Virus record (IMG/VR): IMGVR_UViG_3300013102_000030
Coordinates: 32,001-96,000 of that record
Strand: one strand, 5' to 3'
Length of the DNA: 64,000 nucleotides
Source: a virus
Within the stretch, counting starts at the first letter, position 1, and every line of letters starts with the position of its first letter. This document shows positions 1 to 10,774 of the stretch, piece by piece. A model generated the notes under the pieces. That model did no database searches and was not told the DNA's origin. It saw only the letters and a list, made by a program, of their open reading frames with translations. The position numbers and the translations under genes are program-made.

Positions 1-3000
1 GAAGAGGCTCTGACCTCTGACGAAGTTGCTGCACGTACAAAGCGTGGAGACCTTGAGGTTGCTACTGTAGCAGACCGTGAGGAAGCTGACAGGGAAGAGA
101 ACTACAAGCGCAGGCTCCGTGGCGACGACTACATGAAGTCCAACCCTGATCCTGTTCGTCGTAAGAACAATGGCGACGAAGGCAAGTCCCAGACTCAGCA
201 GCAGGCGCAGGATGCCAACTCCGCTGACCAGCCATGGAGTGCTGATGAGATTCAGGGCACTATGCGTGACTGGTTTGACTTTGCTCAGGCTGTCAAGAAT
301 GGCGACAACCGCGCCATTGAAACGATGGCTAACAACAAGCGTACCGGTGACGAAGAAACTGATATCATCGTCAACGACAAGGGCCAGCCGTTCGATCTCA
401 CCCTGACTTACAACGATGACGGAGATCCCGTTGTTCGCTTGAGCAATTTCGATGACTCCAAGGACATCTACGGAGACTTTGAGATTGACAACTCTGTCAT
501 GCCCAAGCAGCTTGCTACACTCATCCACGAGTCGATCAACGCTGATGATCCCCATGCAGCAGTTGCCGAGCGCAACGGAAGCAACGATCCTGTTGATGAC
601 CCTTCAGTTGGTCAGAGCTATGAGGTCAGCAGTCACATTGGTGAAGGTAAGAACTACCTTGCCAAGGCTATTGAAGATCACGGTGACTCTGGCATTGTTA
701 TCAACGGCACCACAGCGGATGTCACTGACCTTGACAAGGCACAGGACTTCCTGCGTGACGCTGTTCTTGACATTCAGGGGAAGATCAGCGATCCTTCCGC
801 CCGTAAGAACTCCAAGATCGAACTGAACAAGGCTCAGCGCAACCTCAACAAGATACTTGCTGATGTCAACGCCAAGCAGTTCCAGCGCGACGGAGTAACC
901 CGTCCGCCAAAGTGGATGAGGGACAAGCAGGACTCAACTCCGGCCAAGTCTGAGGATGCCCCTGCTCCTGAAGCGGAGGCTCCCAAGGCTCCGGAAGCTG
1001 CCAAGACCAACGTACCACTGGCTGATCTTGAGAAGCAGGCCAAGGCTGACGGAGACACTGTTCTCTATCACGGTGGTCTGCCTGACGGTACGACTCTCGA
1101 TGACATTGATCTGAACCGCAATGGAGAGCAGCAGAACAAGCGTGGACGCTCATTCGGTGGATTCTATCTCACCGATGAGTCTTCCAAGAGTTGGTCCGAC
1201 GACTACGCCATGAAGCGTAACGGTGTCATGCACGGTTTTGTCATCGACAAGAACGCCCGTATTGACGACCGTGGAAAAGCACAGATTGACCGCCTCTCCG
1301 CAGAAGACCGCGCTGAAGCTGCCAAGACTGCCGATGTCATCAAGGGTAAGGACCTTCTGGGACGCACCCAGTATGTCCTGCTCAACAAGGATGTCATCAA
1401 GGGTGTTGGTGAGACCAACATGAAGGACGACAAGTCCTCTGAGGACTCTGCTCCTGAGGCTAATGCTCCGGAAGCTCCTTCAGCACCTGAAGCTGATGTT
1501 ACGCCTGAGGAGTCCGCTCCTGAGGCTGACGCTCCTGCTCCAGTTGACATTGTCGATCACCTGAACCAGAATGCTGTACTGGGAGATGACGCTGAGCGTC
1601 GTGCTGCTGGCCTGTATCTCGGTGGTGCTCGCTACAACTCTGTCCTACGTGACGCTGCTGAGAACGGTAAAGAGGTTCACCCTCAATTCCAAGATCAGAT
1701 CGATACCCTCACGGGATTCATCGAGAAGCAGCCGGAGTTCGGTCAGGAGACCAAGCTCTACCGTGGAATGAGCCAGAAGTTCCTTCCGGATGCAGAGAAC
1801 CGTGTTGGCGACGTTATCACTGAGCCTGCGTTCCTGTCAACCTCTCTCAAGAGGGATCAGGCTGAACTGTTCTCCGGTGTCGGTGGTGGTGTCCTCATGG
1901 AGATCACTGCACGTCCACAGGACAAGGGCCTTTCGGTCAACATTGCTCAGATGCATGATCAGTCTGACATTCCGGAAGAATACCGTGCTCCTAACGATGT
2001 AACCGCCCGTGAGGCTGAAATCCTCATGAAGCCGGGAACATCCATGCGTATCACGGGTGTTGACGAAGTCAACGGAACTAAGGTTGTCAGGGCTGAGATC
2101 GTAGACGCACCTTCCGACAAGGTAGATGCTGAGATCATCCCTGAAGAAGCTGAGCTTCCTGAGGCTGAAGTCGATACTCCTGCTGTTGATGCTCCTGAAG
2201 ACTCCATCAACTCCCGTGGCCTCACCGATGCTGAGGAAGAAGAGTGGAATCAGGCTGAGATCGATGCTGACGTTGAAGCCCGTGCAGGAGATCCTGACGG
2301 TGTCCAGATGTACAAGGATAAGGCTGATGCCATCCTTCAGCGTGGACAGGACCGTCTCAACGGTGTAGACTCCACTGAGGACTCTTCCGCTCCGGAAGAA
2401 CCAGCAGTTTACACTGAGGGTGGACCCGGACGCGTTCCTTCTCTCAAGGAGACCATCAAGGCGATCCGTGAATCCGGTGTCGAATCCGTTCACATTCCGC
2501 TCAGTGATGCTCCGAAGAAGGACTGGACTCCGGATGAGCTTGAGGCTAAGTTCGACAGGGACGAGAAGAACGGTCTGGGGAACCTCCAGTTCGACGCTCT
2601 TCCTGATGAGTACAAGCGCTACAAGGACTCATCTGCTCCGGCAGATCCGATCAACCTTCCTGAAGAGGCAGCACCAGAAGCATCCGCTCCTGAGACTGCT
2701 CCTGAAGGACCGGCTCCAACTCCGGAACAGCAGGCCAAGCTTGACGAGTACGACCGTCAAATGGACGCTGCTGTAGAGGCTGACGATGACGCAGCGTACG
2801 ACAAGGCATCTGATGCTAAGTACGATCTCATTGACGCAATCCGTAATGGTTCGGCATCCAACGAAAACTCTGATAGTGTTTCAGACATGGAAACCGAATC
2901 TGAACCTTGGGTAAACCCGCTGGATGCACTGGGCATCGAACGACGCACACCTGAAGCGATTGAGGGAGAGAAGTATCCTCCGACTCAGCAGCAGCAGGAC

Positions 3001-6000
3001 GTGATTGATGCTGTTCTGGCAGGTCTTGACACGAAGGTTCAGGCTATGGCCGGTACCGGTAAGACTTCCACGCTTGTTGCTCTGTCCCGCCGCCTCACAA
3101 AGGAAGGCAAGAGCGCGATCTACATTGCGTTCAACAAGACAGTTCAGGAAGAAGCTGAAGAGCGCATGAAGGGCCTGAAGGTGGAAGCCAAGACCGGTCA
3201 CGGTACGGCTCACACGTGGGCACGTACCAACATGCCTCACCTGACGACCCGTCTTGCTGGCAAAGATCCGATGTACCCGATCAAGTTCGACAAGAAGACC
3301 AAGCAGGCAACTGACTGGGCTGACAAGAAGCCGGTTTCCTCTTCACGAGAGATCGCTAACATTCTCGGTGTTGAGAACAACCAGATTCACGAGGACGGTA
3401 CTGGTATTCCGCTCTCCAAGTCCAGTGTTGTTTTGGCTGTCAAGAAGACTGTCGGTTCCTTCCAGCTTAGTGATAAGGATGAGATCCTTCCGGAGCACGT
3501 TCCGGACTCATTTGAAATCGATGAGGCAGACAAGCCGAAGATTGTTGAGTTCGCAAACGCGTACTGGGATGACCTTTCCCGCGAGGATGGTGTGTTCCGC
3601 ATGGAGCACGACACCTACCGTAAGCACTGGGCGCTTTCACGTCCTGACCTCACGGATGGTACCGGTGGCAACAAGGCTGGCGCATCCGTGCTCTACATTG
3701 ACGAGGCTCAGGATACCCCTCCTGTCCTTGCCAAGGTAGTTGCAGACCAGAAGATGCAGAAGGTCATTGTCGGTGACCAGAATCAGGCCATCTACGCGTT
3801 CGCTGAGAACATCGACTACCTCTCTGAGGCAGACGGTGACGTTGAGCTTCCGCTTGACAAGTCATGGCGATTCGGTCCTCAGGTTGCTGACATTGGTAAC
3901 CGCTTCCTCCAGATGCTGGAATCTGACAGCCGTGTTGTCGGTGGTGGCCCTGAGTCCAGCATCGTCTACGGCATGGAGAACGCTGACGCTGTTCTTGTCC
4001 GCACCAACGCTGGTATGATTCAGGTCATCCTTGAAGAGACTGCTCGTGGCCGCAAGGTTGCTGCTCCTCCGGGAACTCGTGCAGATCTGATCCGCATGGC
4101 TGACACGGTCGAGAACCTGCGTGATGGCTGGGCCGGAGAGAATCCTCACGATGATCTCCTTGGGTTCAAGGACTGGAACGAAGTCATGGCAGCGAACGAA
4201 AACGGAGACCGTAGTGTTTCCAAGATCGTGAGCATGTTCGATGAGGGAAGTCCAACCAAGCGTGGAATGATCAAGGACTACCCTGCGTTCCTTGCTCAGC
4301 AGATGTCCAATGTCCGAAAGGCCATTGACAGCCTTGTCATGGAAGTTCCGGAATACCAGAACATCAAGCTTGTCAAGGAAGGTAACCGTACCTACCTTGA
4401 GGGTGCAGACCACCTGACCGGTAACAAGAAGCAGTTCGCGTCATACGACTTCAGCGCAGCCGTTGGTAAGATGAAGTACCCATACGCGGCCAAGCCGAGC
4501 ATGAACTTCATGGAGAAGAAGAAAGCCTACCACGAGGCAGGCGGACTCGGAACCGAAGGCTGGCGATTTGACTCTAGGTCAAAGCGCTACTACACTGATA
4601 GCCCAGAAGTAGCTGCTGGCATCGAGAAGTACTCGGGACAGGGAGACGTTATCGTTTCCACTGCCCACAAGTCCAAGGGTCTTGAATGGGACCGCGTCCG
4701 AATCAGTGATGACTTCCGTGCTCCTTACGAGGACAAGAACGGAGCCATGGTTTGGCCGGAGGATGACGAGTACAAGCTTGCCTACGTAGCCGTTACGCGT
4801 GCTGCCAAGGAACTTGATCCGGGTATTCTGGACTACGTTTTCGCTCACACACAGGAAAACGGTGGAGATCCCAAGAAGAAGCGTTCGATGGAAGATTCCA
4901 CTCCTGCTCCTGAGCAGGTTGAGGAAGAGAACCTTCCGAACAACGTTCCTGAAGAGGTTGCTGCTGAGGAAACAGACGTTCCTGAGGTTGAGGCTCCTGC
5001 CGAGATCCAAGAGAACCCTGAAGCCGATGTAGCTATTCCGGAAACGGAGCCGATGGGCCTCCCAGCCACAGACTACACGGAAGAGGAGTTTGCAAAGCTC
5101 CCTGTTGGAACTCGTATTCCAAGGGGACGCGGAGGCGAGCACCGCAAGGTTGGACCGAACGAATGGGAAAGCTACAACGAAGACGGTACCAAGCTCTCCG
5201 GAGGAACAAATACCGACTGGGTTATTCAGGCCAACGAAGAACTTCAGAAGCCTGCTCCAGTTGAGATTGATGCTCCAGAGATTCCGGAACAGGACGAACC
5301 TGTCATCACTCCGGATCTGGTTGACGCTCCTGAGCCTGTCTCAGAGCCTGATCCTGTACCTGTAGCTCCGGCTCCTGCTCCAACGCCTCCACCGGCTCCT
5401 GAGTTTGACGACGAAGGTCTGACTCCTCAGGAACGCCGCAGGGCTGATGAGCTTGAGCGCTGGATCGCTGAGGTCTACAAGGGCAACGCCCAAGGCAACG
5501 TGACGGCCATGGAGAACGAATTGTTCGACATGCTGGAGCGTGGCGAGAAGCGTATGAATCCGGCTCCTGAGCCTCCTACAGCGGCTCCACCGGCTAGGGA
5601 GACCACGACAACGCCTAAGGGACGCGCACCACGAGGTACGTACACCGATCAGCCTCTGATGGACTCCAGCGGTAAGCAGATCCAGATGGGTGACATGATT
5701 GGACACCCAAGGCTGGGACCGGTAGCAGTGACTGGTTTTGTTCCGCACTCCGGACGTAATACCTTCATTGATCCGGTAACAGGCAAGGAAGCGTCAGTCA
5801 AGGCGGCTAACGTCAAGATCGTCAATGACGTTCCGGACGAAGATATCACCGATATTGTTGGACAGCCCGGAGAGCGCTTCCAAGACCCGGCAACGGGTAA
5901 GAAAGCGTTCTACAACGGAGATGGACAGCCTATCGTGACCGGCCAGCGTGTCGTTGATCCTCGTACAGGACGTACAGGTGTTGTTGTCAGCGTCTATCCG

Positions 6001-6105
6001 GGCGCAGACGGCCTAGCCTCTGTCCCGGTTCAATGGGACGACGCTCCTAAGCCTGCCAAGCCAACCCGTGTCAAGGGTATCCTCTTGAAGCTGGCTGGTG
6101 TATAA
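1..6105 (+). CDS. Giant multidomain (polyvalent-type) protein, 5'-truncated: ART-like domain, VIP2-like ADP-ribosyltransferase, UvrD/Rep-like SF1 helicase, joined by acidic/Pro-rich linkers
   Basis: Frame +1 is open from base 1, so the true start is upstream of the window. Motifs: LYHGG..GFYLTD (~1060-1180); LYRG..FLSTS..REAEIL (~1750-2030); AMAGTGKT, DEAQD, VGDQNQAIY, SWRFG, STAHKSKGLEW, YVAVTRA (~3040-4810). Confidence 0.85.
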   Translation, partial: EEALTSDEVAARTKRGDLEVATVADREEADREENYKRRLRGDDYMKSNPDPVRRKNNGDEGKSQTQQQAQDANSADQPWSADEIQGTMRDWFDFAQAVKNGDNRAIETMANNKRTGDEETDIIVNDKGQPFDLTLTYNDDGDPVVRLSNFDDSKDIYGDFEIDNSVMPKQLATLIHESINADDPHAAVAERNGSNDPVDDPSVGQSYEVSSHIGEGKNYLAKAIEDHGDSGIVINGTTADVTDLDKAQDFLRDAVLDIQGKISDPSARKNSKIELNKAQRNLNKILADVNAKQFQRDGVTRPPKWMRDKQDSTPAKSEDAPAPEAEAPKAPEAAKTNVPLADLEKQAKADGDTVLYHGGLPDGTTLDDIDLNRNGEQQNKRGRSFGGFYLTDESSKSWSDDYAMKRNGVMHGFVIDKNARIDDRGKAQIDRLSAEDRAEAAKTADVIKGKDLLGRTQYVLLNKDVIKGVGETNMKDDKSSEDSAPEANAPEAPSAPEADVTPEESAPEADAPAPVDIVDHLNQNAVLGDDAERRAAGLYLGGARYNSVLRDAAENGKEVHPQFQDQIDTLTGFIEKQPEFGQETKLYRGMSQKFLPDAENRVGDVITEPAFLSTSLKRDQAELFSGVGGGVLMEITARPQDKGLSVNIAQMHDQSDIPEEYRAPNDVTAREAEILMKPGTSMRITGVDEVNGTKVVRAEIVDAPSDKVDAEIIPEEAELPEAEVDTPAVDAPEDSINSRGLTDAEEEEWNQAEIDADVEARAGDPDGVQMYKDKADAILQRGQDRLNGVDSTEDSSAPEEPAVYTEGGPGRVPSLKETIKAIRESGVESVHIPLSDAPKKDWTPDELEAKFDRDEKNGLGNLQFDALPDEYKRYKDSSAPADPINLPEEAAPEASAPETAPEGPAPTPEQQAKLDEYDRQMDAAVEADDDAAYDKASDAKYDLIDAIRNGSASNENSDSVSDMETESEPWVNPLDALGIERRTPEAIEGEKYPPTQQQQDVIDAVLAGLDTKVQAMAGTGKTSTLVALSRRLTKEGKSAIYIAFNKTVQEEAEERMKGLKVEAKTGHGTAHTWARTNMPHLTTRLAGKDPMYPIKFDKKTKQATDWADKKPVSSSREIANILGVENNQIHEDGTGIPLSKSSVVLAVKKTVGSFQLSDKDEILPEHVPDSFEIDEADKPKIVEFANAYWDDLSREDGVFRMEHDTYRKHWALSRPDLTDGTGGNKAGASVLYIDEAQDTPPVLAKVVADQKMQKVIVGDQNQAIYAFAENIDYLSEADGDVELPLDKSWRFGPQVADIGNRFLQMLESDSRVVGGGPESSIVYGMENADAVLVRTNAGMIQVILEETARGRKVAAPPGTRADLIRMADTVENLRDGWAGENPHDDLLGFKDWNEVMAANENGDRSVSKIVSMFDEGSPTKRGMIKDYPAFLAQQMSNVRKAIDSLVMEVPEYQNIKLVKEGNRTYLEGADHLTGNKKQFASYDFSAAVGKMKYPYAAKPSMNFMEKKKAYHEAGGLGTEGWRFDSRSKRYYTDSPEVAAGIEKYSGQGDVIVSTAHKSKGLEWDRVRISDDFRAPYEDKNGAMVWPEDDEYKLAYVAVTRAAKELDPGILDYVFAHTQENGGDPKKKRSMEDSTPAPEQVEEENLPNNVPEEVAAEETDVPEVEAPAEIQENPEADVAIPETEPMGLPATDYTEEEFAKLPVGTRIPRGRGGEHRKVGPNEWESYNEDGTKLSGGTNTDWVIQANEELQKPAPVEIDAPEIPEQDEPVITPDLVDAPEPVSEPDPVPVAPAPAPTPPPAPEFDDEGLTPQERRRADELERWIAEVYKGNAQGNVTAMENELFDMLERGEKRMNPAPEPPTAAPPARETTTTPKGRAPRGTYTDQPLMDSSGKQIQMGDMIGHPRLGPVAVTGFVPHSGRNTFIDPVTGKEASVKAANVKIVNDVPDEDITDIVGQPGERFQDPATGKKAFYNGDGQPIVTGQRVVDPRTGRTGVVVSVYPGADGLASVPVQWDDAPKPAKPTRVKGILLKLAGV

Positions 6106-6425
6106 TGACCGCAAACTACATAGAAGGGGAATCGATGGAAGAGAACGTTGATGTTGAAGACGGTCTCGGTGATGAAGTTGAGTTCGGACTAGTTCTGGAC
6201 AAAGACGACAAAGCCTTGATGCTGATCAGGACGGATTTTGAGGAGGGGGCCATGTATTACCGGTCTTCCAACTCATGGGTCCAGATTACACCAGACGATG
6301 AGATTCCGCTACTTGATGACTATCCTCTTACGAGGGTGTCAGGAGAAGCGGTCGAGATCTGGGATGCTCATGGAGATCGAACCAAAAATGAGTTCGCTGA
6401 TGTCCTAATGGACGACGTGGACTAA
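6105..6425 (+). CDS. Hypothetical acidic protein
   Basis: 106-aa ORF overlapping the upstream stop (TAATG); may instead start at the ATG at 6135 after a GAAGGGG RBS. Confidence 0.7.
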   Translation: MTANYIEGESMEENVDVEDGLGDEVEFGLVLDKDDKALMLIRTDFEEGAMYYRSSNSWVQITPDDEIPLLDDYPLTRVSGEAVEIWDAHGDRTKNEFADVLMDDVD

Positions 6426-6433
6426 CCTAACAC

Positions 6434-6468
6434 GAGAAGCCCGTGATGTCAATCATCACGGGCTTCTC
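6434..6468 (+). terminator. Hairpin terminator
   Basis: GAGAAGCCCGTGATG-tcaat-CATCACGGGCTTCTC inverted repeat just after the stop codon. Confidence 0.7.
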
Positions 6469-6471
6469 TCA

Positions 6472-6480
6472 TGGTATACT
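6472..6480 (+). promoter_or_regulatory. Extended -10 promoter
   Basis: TGGTATACT directly after the hairpin, upstream of the head genes. Confidence 0.55.
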
Positions 6481-6530
6481 TGTAGCTAACTGTAAAATTT
6501 TGTAGGGGTCTGGAGTTCCAACACTCCCGC

Positions 6531-9032
6531 ATGACCTATCCTTGGAAGGCGAACACTTTGGCAAACGACTACCACTGGAGAAGCACCAAAGCCAAGAAGC
6601 AACTCAGAGACCGATTTGGACGCTGGATCTCCCTTGGAGCCAAAGTCCGTTACCGTGGAGACGGTGCAGAGCAGTCAGGTACTGTTACCAGTGTTGTAGA
6701 TGGTAAAGCGTACATCGACCAGAAGAACCGTGACGGATCTGTCACGCAGAAGATTCTTCCTGCAAGCGCCATCCGTGTTCTTGCTTCTAAGGCTACGCTT
6801 CCCCCTGACGGCAAGCGCATCAAGGCCGACAAGTTCTCTAAGGCTCTCAATTCTGATGACTTCAAGTCCATCATGGAAGAGCACGGAGAAGCTGTAATCG
6901 AGCGCAAGGACGGCTATTCTCTTGCCGCGTCCTACGAGTCCAACGAATTCGAAGACGAAGCACAGGGCACGGACAATCAGGTCAAAGACGGCTCAGAGCC
7001 AACCCAAGAGGAAGAGCGCTCACGTAAGCCTTCCAGCCCTGTTGTCTACCAGCTTTTCGCTCCCGCAGGCCGCAGCCTTGGTCTCTACGGTGAGGACGCT
7101 AAGGATGACTTTGACCAGATGGCCGATGAGGAGATCTTTGGTGACGCTAAGCGTGCCGATGCTCCTGTTCCGGGAACTGGTCCTGCTCCGGGTGCCGGAG
7201 GTCAGGAAGCTGAGACCGCTCCTGTCGTGACCGCATCGGGTGAGCAGAAGCCTTACCGTGTTCCTGAGGCTGTCAAGGCTGAGATCCAGAGCACACTAAA
7301 CTCCCACGACTGGGCCTTTGCCGTCGATGAGCTTCAGGTTGCAACCCGTCTGGCAAATGACGATACTGTATCGTTGGAAGACGTAAAGTGGGTTCACCAG
7401 TTCTTTGCTGACCGCTCTATCGATGAGCGTATCCGTGGTGGATTCAAGGGCCGCAAGTGGGCTTCAAAGATCGTAGAAGAGCCTTCCGCAGAGTTCTCCA
7501 TCCGCGAGGATGCAGATCTGGGACACCCTAAGTACACCTTTGATGACGATGTCATGGCATACTTTGCTGTCGGCAGGGATTCAGGATCTACCCTAGTTCA
7601 CAGCATGCTTGCTGTAGACTATGAGACCGGAATCGTATACTCTTGGAGTGACGAAGGCTTTGCTGTTGTCGAAGGTCTTGACATTCAGGATGTCGATGAG
7701 CCACAGCTTATCCCCATCGATGAGATGACCGCAGATTCCTTTGCTAAGTGGATCGACTGCAAGACTGGTGAAGACTTTGACATTCTGGACACAGATCCGG
7801 AAGAGCGCAACCTGTTCACGCTGGCTGATTCTGAGATAGACTATGAAGAACTTGACCGTACTTTCAGCATCATTGCTGCCGGTCAGGTTGGTGACGGTGA
7901 ATATACACCTGTTGAGCGTTCTCAGAACGCCAAGCAGCAGCGTCGTGGAGCCGGTGGAAAGTTTGGTGAGACTCCGGACCAGCCTGAAGCTCCAGCACAG
8001 GAAGCCGCTGTCAAGAAGGCACGCCTTCCAGTCGCACTTCCGCTGGTTCCGAATCCTGCTGCACGTATCGCGGAGTGGCTAGCCACTGCTGCTGAAGCAC
8101 CTGTCGTAGCGGCTGCTGAGCCTGTAGCGCCCGTAGAAGAGCCGACAGCAGACAGCCCTAACCCAGAGTACACTGAGGAAGATCAGGCCGTTGAGGACGC
8201 TGCTACAGGTCCAACAGATGAGGCTCTGTACTTCGCTATCGTTGACGAGGTTGACAAGTCAGCCGTCATGGATGCTATCGCCATCGTCAAGGTTCAGGGA
8301 GCACCTTCCGCGTACATCCGTTCTCAGATGACATGGCAGGCCAGCCCTGACACTCTCACGATCCTTCAGGGAGCTACACCGCCTCCTGTGGTTGAGCTTG
8401 ACGTACCCGAACCTGTCAAGACCGTTCTGTCACAGATTGACGCTCACGATCAGGGCAAGGATACCACTCCAGCACCTACTGCTGAAGAGGCTCCACAGGC
8501 GGGTGAGGTCCCAATTGCGGCTTCCGGATACTCTCTGGCTGATGGCTCATATGCTATTATTGATACACTATCACTAAGAGATGCTGTTGTAGCCGCTGGT
8601 GCCGCTCCCGACATCCTTGTCAAGGCCCACATCCGTAAGCGTGCCCGTGCTCTGAACCGTATGGACCTAGTTCCTGCCGACTGGAGGCAGTTCACTCTTG
8701 CCGAAATTGGAGAGATCTCCGCTGCTGAGACTGTCTACGGTGAGTTTGGTGAGATCATTGTCGCATCCGGTGTTCCCGGAATTGCCGACACTCCATCTGA
8801 CTTCAAGAACGTTGCCAAGCTCAAGGCTTACTGGAAGCACGGCAAGGGAGCGCTCAAGATCCGCTGGGGAACTCCGGGAGACCTGACACGCGCCCACAGG
8901 CACCTGTCTAAGTACGTCGGACCACAGAGGGCATGGGGACTCGCTCAGCGCCTGCACCAAGAACTTTTTGGAGTGAGCAACATTACTCACGACCGCGCAA
9001 CAGGGCAGTACGTCCCGAGAAGAAAGAAATAA
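6531..9032 (+). CDS. Large head-module protein of unknown function
   Basis: 833 aa, immediately before the protease. Contains RDRFGRW and RGAGGKF motifs, a DGSYAI..HIRKRARAL..P.DW module and a C-terminal YW..GKGA.KIRWGTPGD module. Confidence 0.7.
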   Translation: MTYPWKANTLANDYHWRSTKAKKQLRDRFGRWISLGAKVRYRGDGAEQSGTVTSVVDGKAYIDQKNRDGSVTQKILPASAIRVLASKATLPPDGKRIKADKFSKALNSDDFKSIMEEHGEAVIERKDGYSLAASYESNEFEDEAQGTDNQVKDGSEPTQEEERSRKPSSPVVYQLFAPAGRSLGLYGEDAKDDFDQMADEEIFGDAKRADAPVPGTGPAPGAGGQEAETAPVVTASGEQKPYRVPEAVKAEIQSTLNSHDWAFAVDELQVATRLANDDTVSLEDVKWVHQFFADRSIDERIRGGFKGRKWASKIVEEPSAEFSIREDADLGHPKYTFDDDVMAYFAVGRDSGSTLVHSMLAVDYETGIVYSWSDEGFAVVEGLDIQDVDEPQLIPIDEMTADSFAKWIDCKTGEDFDILDTDPEERNLFTLADSEIDYEELDRTFSIIAAGQVGDGEYTPVERSQNAKQQRRGAGGKFGETPDQPEAPAQEAAVKKARLPVALPLVPNPAARIAEWLATAAEAPVVAAAEPVAPVEEPTADSPNPEYTEEDQAVEDAATGPTDEALYFAIVDEVDKSAVMDAIAIVKVQGAPSAYIRSQMTWQASPDTLTILQGATPPPVVELDVPEPVKTVLSQIDAHDQGKDTTPAPTAEEAPQAGEVPIAASGYSLADGSYAIIDTLSLRDAVVAAGAAPDILVKAHIRKRARALNRMDLVPADWRQFTLAEIGEISAAETVYGEFGEIIVASGVPGIADTPSDFKNVAKLKAYWKHGKGALKIRWGTPGDLTRAHRHLSKYVGPQRAWGLAQRLHQELFGVSNITHDRATGQYVPRRKK

Positions 9033-9035
9033 GCC

Positions 9036-10565
9036 GTGAAGATTATGCCTAAGCTTGATGAAGATCTCATCAAGTCCCTAGATTATTCGGAAGCCATGGT
9101 GGCATCAGCAGCAGCGTCTGCACGCCTCCTAGCGGAAGAAGAGGGAACCGAGTTCGGTCCTCTCAATGTTTCCGCTGTTGAGTCATCTGGCTCTCGCTTC
9201 ATTATCCCTCTCGCTGTGCCTGAAGAGCTTGCCTCAGGTGATGAACGTTCCTTCAAGAAGAACTCTATCACAACCCGTGAGCTTCCGCTACCCCTGATGT
9301 GGCAGATCAAGACCGGAAACGGTCACGATGGCTCTGTAGTTGTTGGACGCATTGATTCGGTCGAGCGTCTTGACAACGGACTGGGAAATGTGCGTGGTGT
9401 CTTTGATGTCGGTCCCTTTGGCCGTGAAGCTGAGCGCATGGTTCGTGGAGGATTCCTCAGGGGAGTCTCCGTTGACCTTGACAAGTTTGAAGCTGAGGTA
9501 GAAGAGCAAGTCTTTGATACCAAAGAAGAGGCTGAAAAGGCCGCAAAGAAGAACTCCATCAAGAATGAAAAGATCGTAGTCGAATCTGCACGACTGATGG
9601 GTATCACTATCGTACCAAAACCAGCATTTCAGGAGTGCTTTATCATGATTGAAGAAGAGCCATCTCTGGATTTCGAAGAGGCACCCCTGCCTGAAGGAAT
9701 CTACGAGGAGACACCGGAAGACTTTGAGTACCAGTTGGCTGCTCTAGCCGCTTCCGCAGCACCTATCGTACCACCTAAGGCTTGGTTCAAAGATCCCGGC
9801 CTGACACAGGCTACACCACTCACCATCACAGATGAGGGCAAGGTATTCGGACACATTGCATCGTGGACGACTTCCCACATCGGTATGGGCCGTGGTGTCA
9901 AGCCTCCTCGCTCAGCATCCAAGTACGCATACTTCCGCACAGGAGAGCTTCGCACGGATGAAGGTGACATTCAGGTTGGACAGCTAACTCTAGCCGGTGG
10001 ACACGCTTCCCTGCAAGCTTCCGCTGAAGAAGCAGTCAAGCACTACGATGACACAGCATCTGCCGTTGCAGACGTTATCGCTGGTGAAGACGCGTTTGGT
10101 ATCTGGGTAGCTGGAGCGCTCCGTCCCGATGTTACACCATCTCAGATTCGTGCGTTCCGTGCATCATCCCCATCAGGTGACTGGAGGCCCATCAATGGCC
10201 GTCTGGAGCTTGTTGCTGTATGTCAGGTAAACGTACCCGGATTCCCGATTGCACGCGCTATCACAGCCTCAGGAGGCGTTCCCGGAGCACTTGTTGCTGC
10301 CGGTGCAGCGTATCTTGCTGAGCTTCGTGAGAGCACAAAGATTGAAGATCTGGAAAGCCGCATCAACAAGATTGAAAACTCAACACTTTCTGCCGACGTT
10401 GCTGCTGTTCGTAACCGTATGTCTGCTGTACTGGCTTCCCGTGATGCTGAACTAGCATCCAAGGCTGAAGCTGCACGTCAGCGTATGGCTGCATTTACAC
10501 AGAAGAAGGCCGAGACTGAGCTATCCGCCAAGGTGGAAGCTCTTCGCGCTCGCTTCAACCGATAA
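9036..10565 (+). CDS. Capsid maturation protease with C-terminal extension
   Basis: PLPLMWQ..H..VVGRI..LRGVSVD..TIVPKPAF resembles HK97-type prohead proteases; lies upstream of the capsid gene. Confidence 0.8.
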   Translation: MKIMPKLDEDLIKSLDYSEAMVASAAASARLLAEEEGTEFGPLNVSAVESSGSRFIIPLAVPEELASGDERSFKKNSITTRELPLPLMWQIKTGNGHDGSVVVGRIDSVERLDNGLGNVRGVFDVGPFGREAERMVRGGFLRGVSVDLDKFEAEVEEQVFDTKEEAEKAAKKNSIKNEKIVVESARLMGITIVPKPAFQECFIMIEEEPSLDFEEAPLPEGIYEETPEDFEYQLAALAASAAPIVPPKAWFKDPGLTQATPLTITDEGKVFGHIASWTTSHIGMGRGVKPPRSASKYAYFRTGELRTDEGDIQVGQLTLAGGHASLQASAEEAVKHYDDTASAVADVIAGEDAFGIWVAGALRPDVTPSQIRAFRASSPSGDWRPINGRLELVAVCQVNVPGFPIARAITASGGVPGALVAAGAAYLAELRESTKIEDLESRINKIENSTLSADVAAVRNRMSAVLASRDAELASKAEAARQRMAAFTQKKAETELSAKVEALRARFNR

Positions 10566-10571
10566 GGTCAG

Positions 10572-10596
10572 AGGCCCCTCTCCGGAGGGGCCTTTT
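10572..10596 (+). terminator. Rho-independent terminator
   Basis: AGGCCCCTC-tccg-GAGGGGCCT followed by TTT. Confidence 0.75.
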
Positions 10597-10654
10597 GCCG
10601 TCTATCACAAGCATGACTGCTTGTCAAACTTTTTACGCACATGCCTAAAAATCG

Positions 10655-10663
10655 TGATACAAT
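10655..10663 (+). promoter_or_regulatory. Extended -10 promoter for the capsid operon
   Basis: TGATACAAT in the intergenic region before the capsid gene. Confidence 0.6.
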
Positions 10664-10774
10664 AGAGTCATACTTTTAAAGCTTGGTCATATAGATGGCT
10701 GACCTTCTGCCGCAGGACTAATTATTTCGCTGAACCGCTCTGGTTCACCCTAATCATAAACAAAGGAGGGACTT

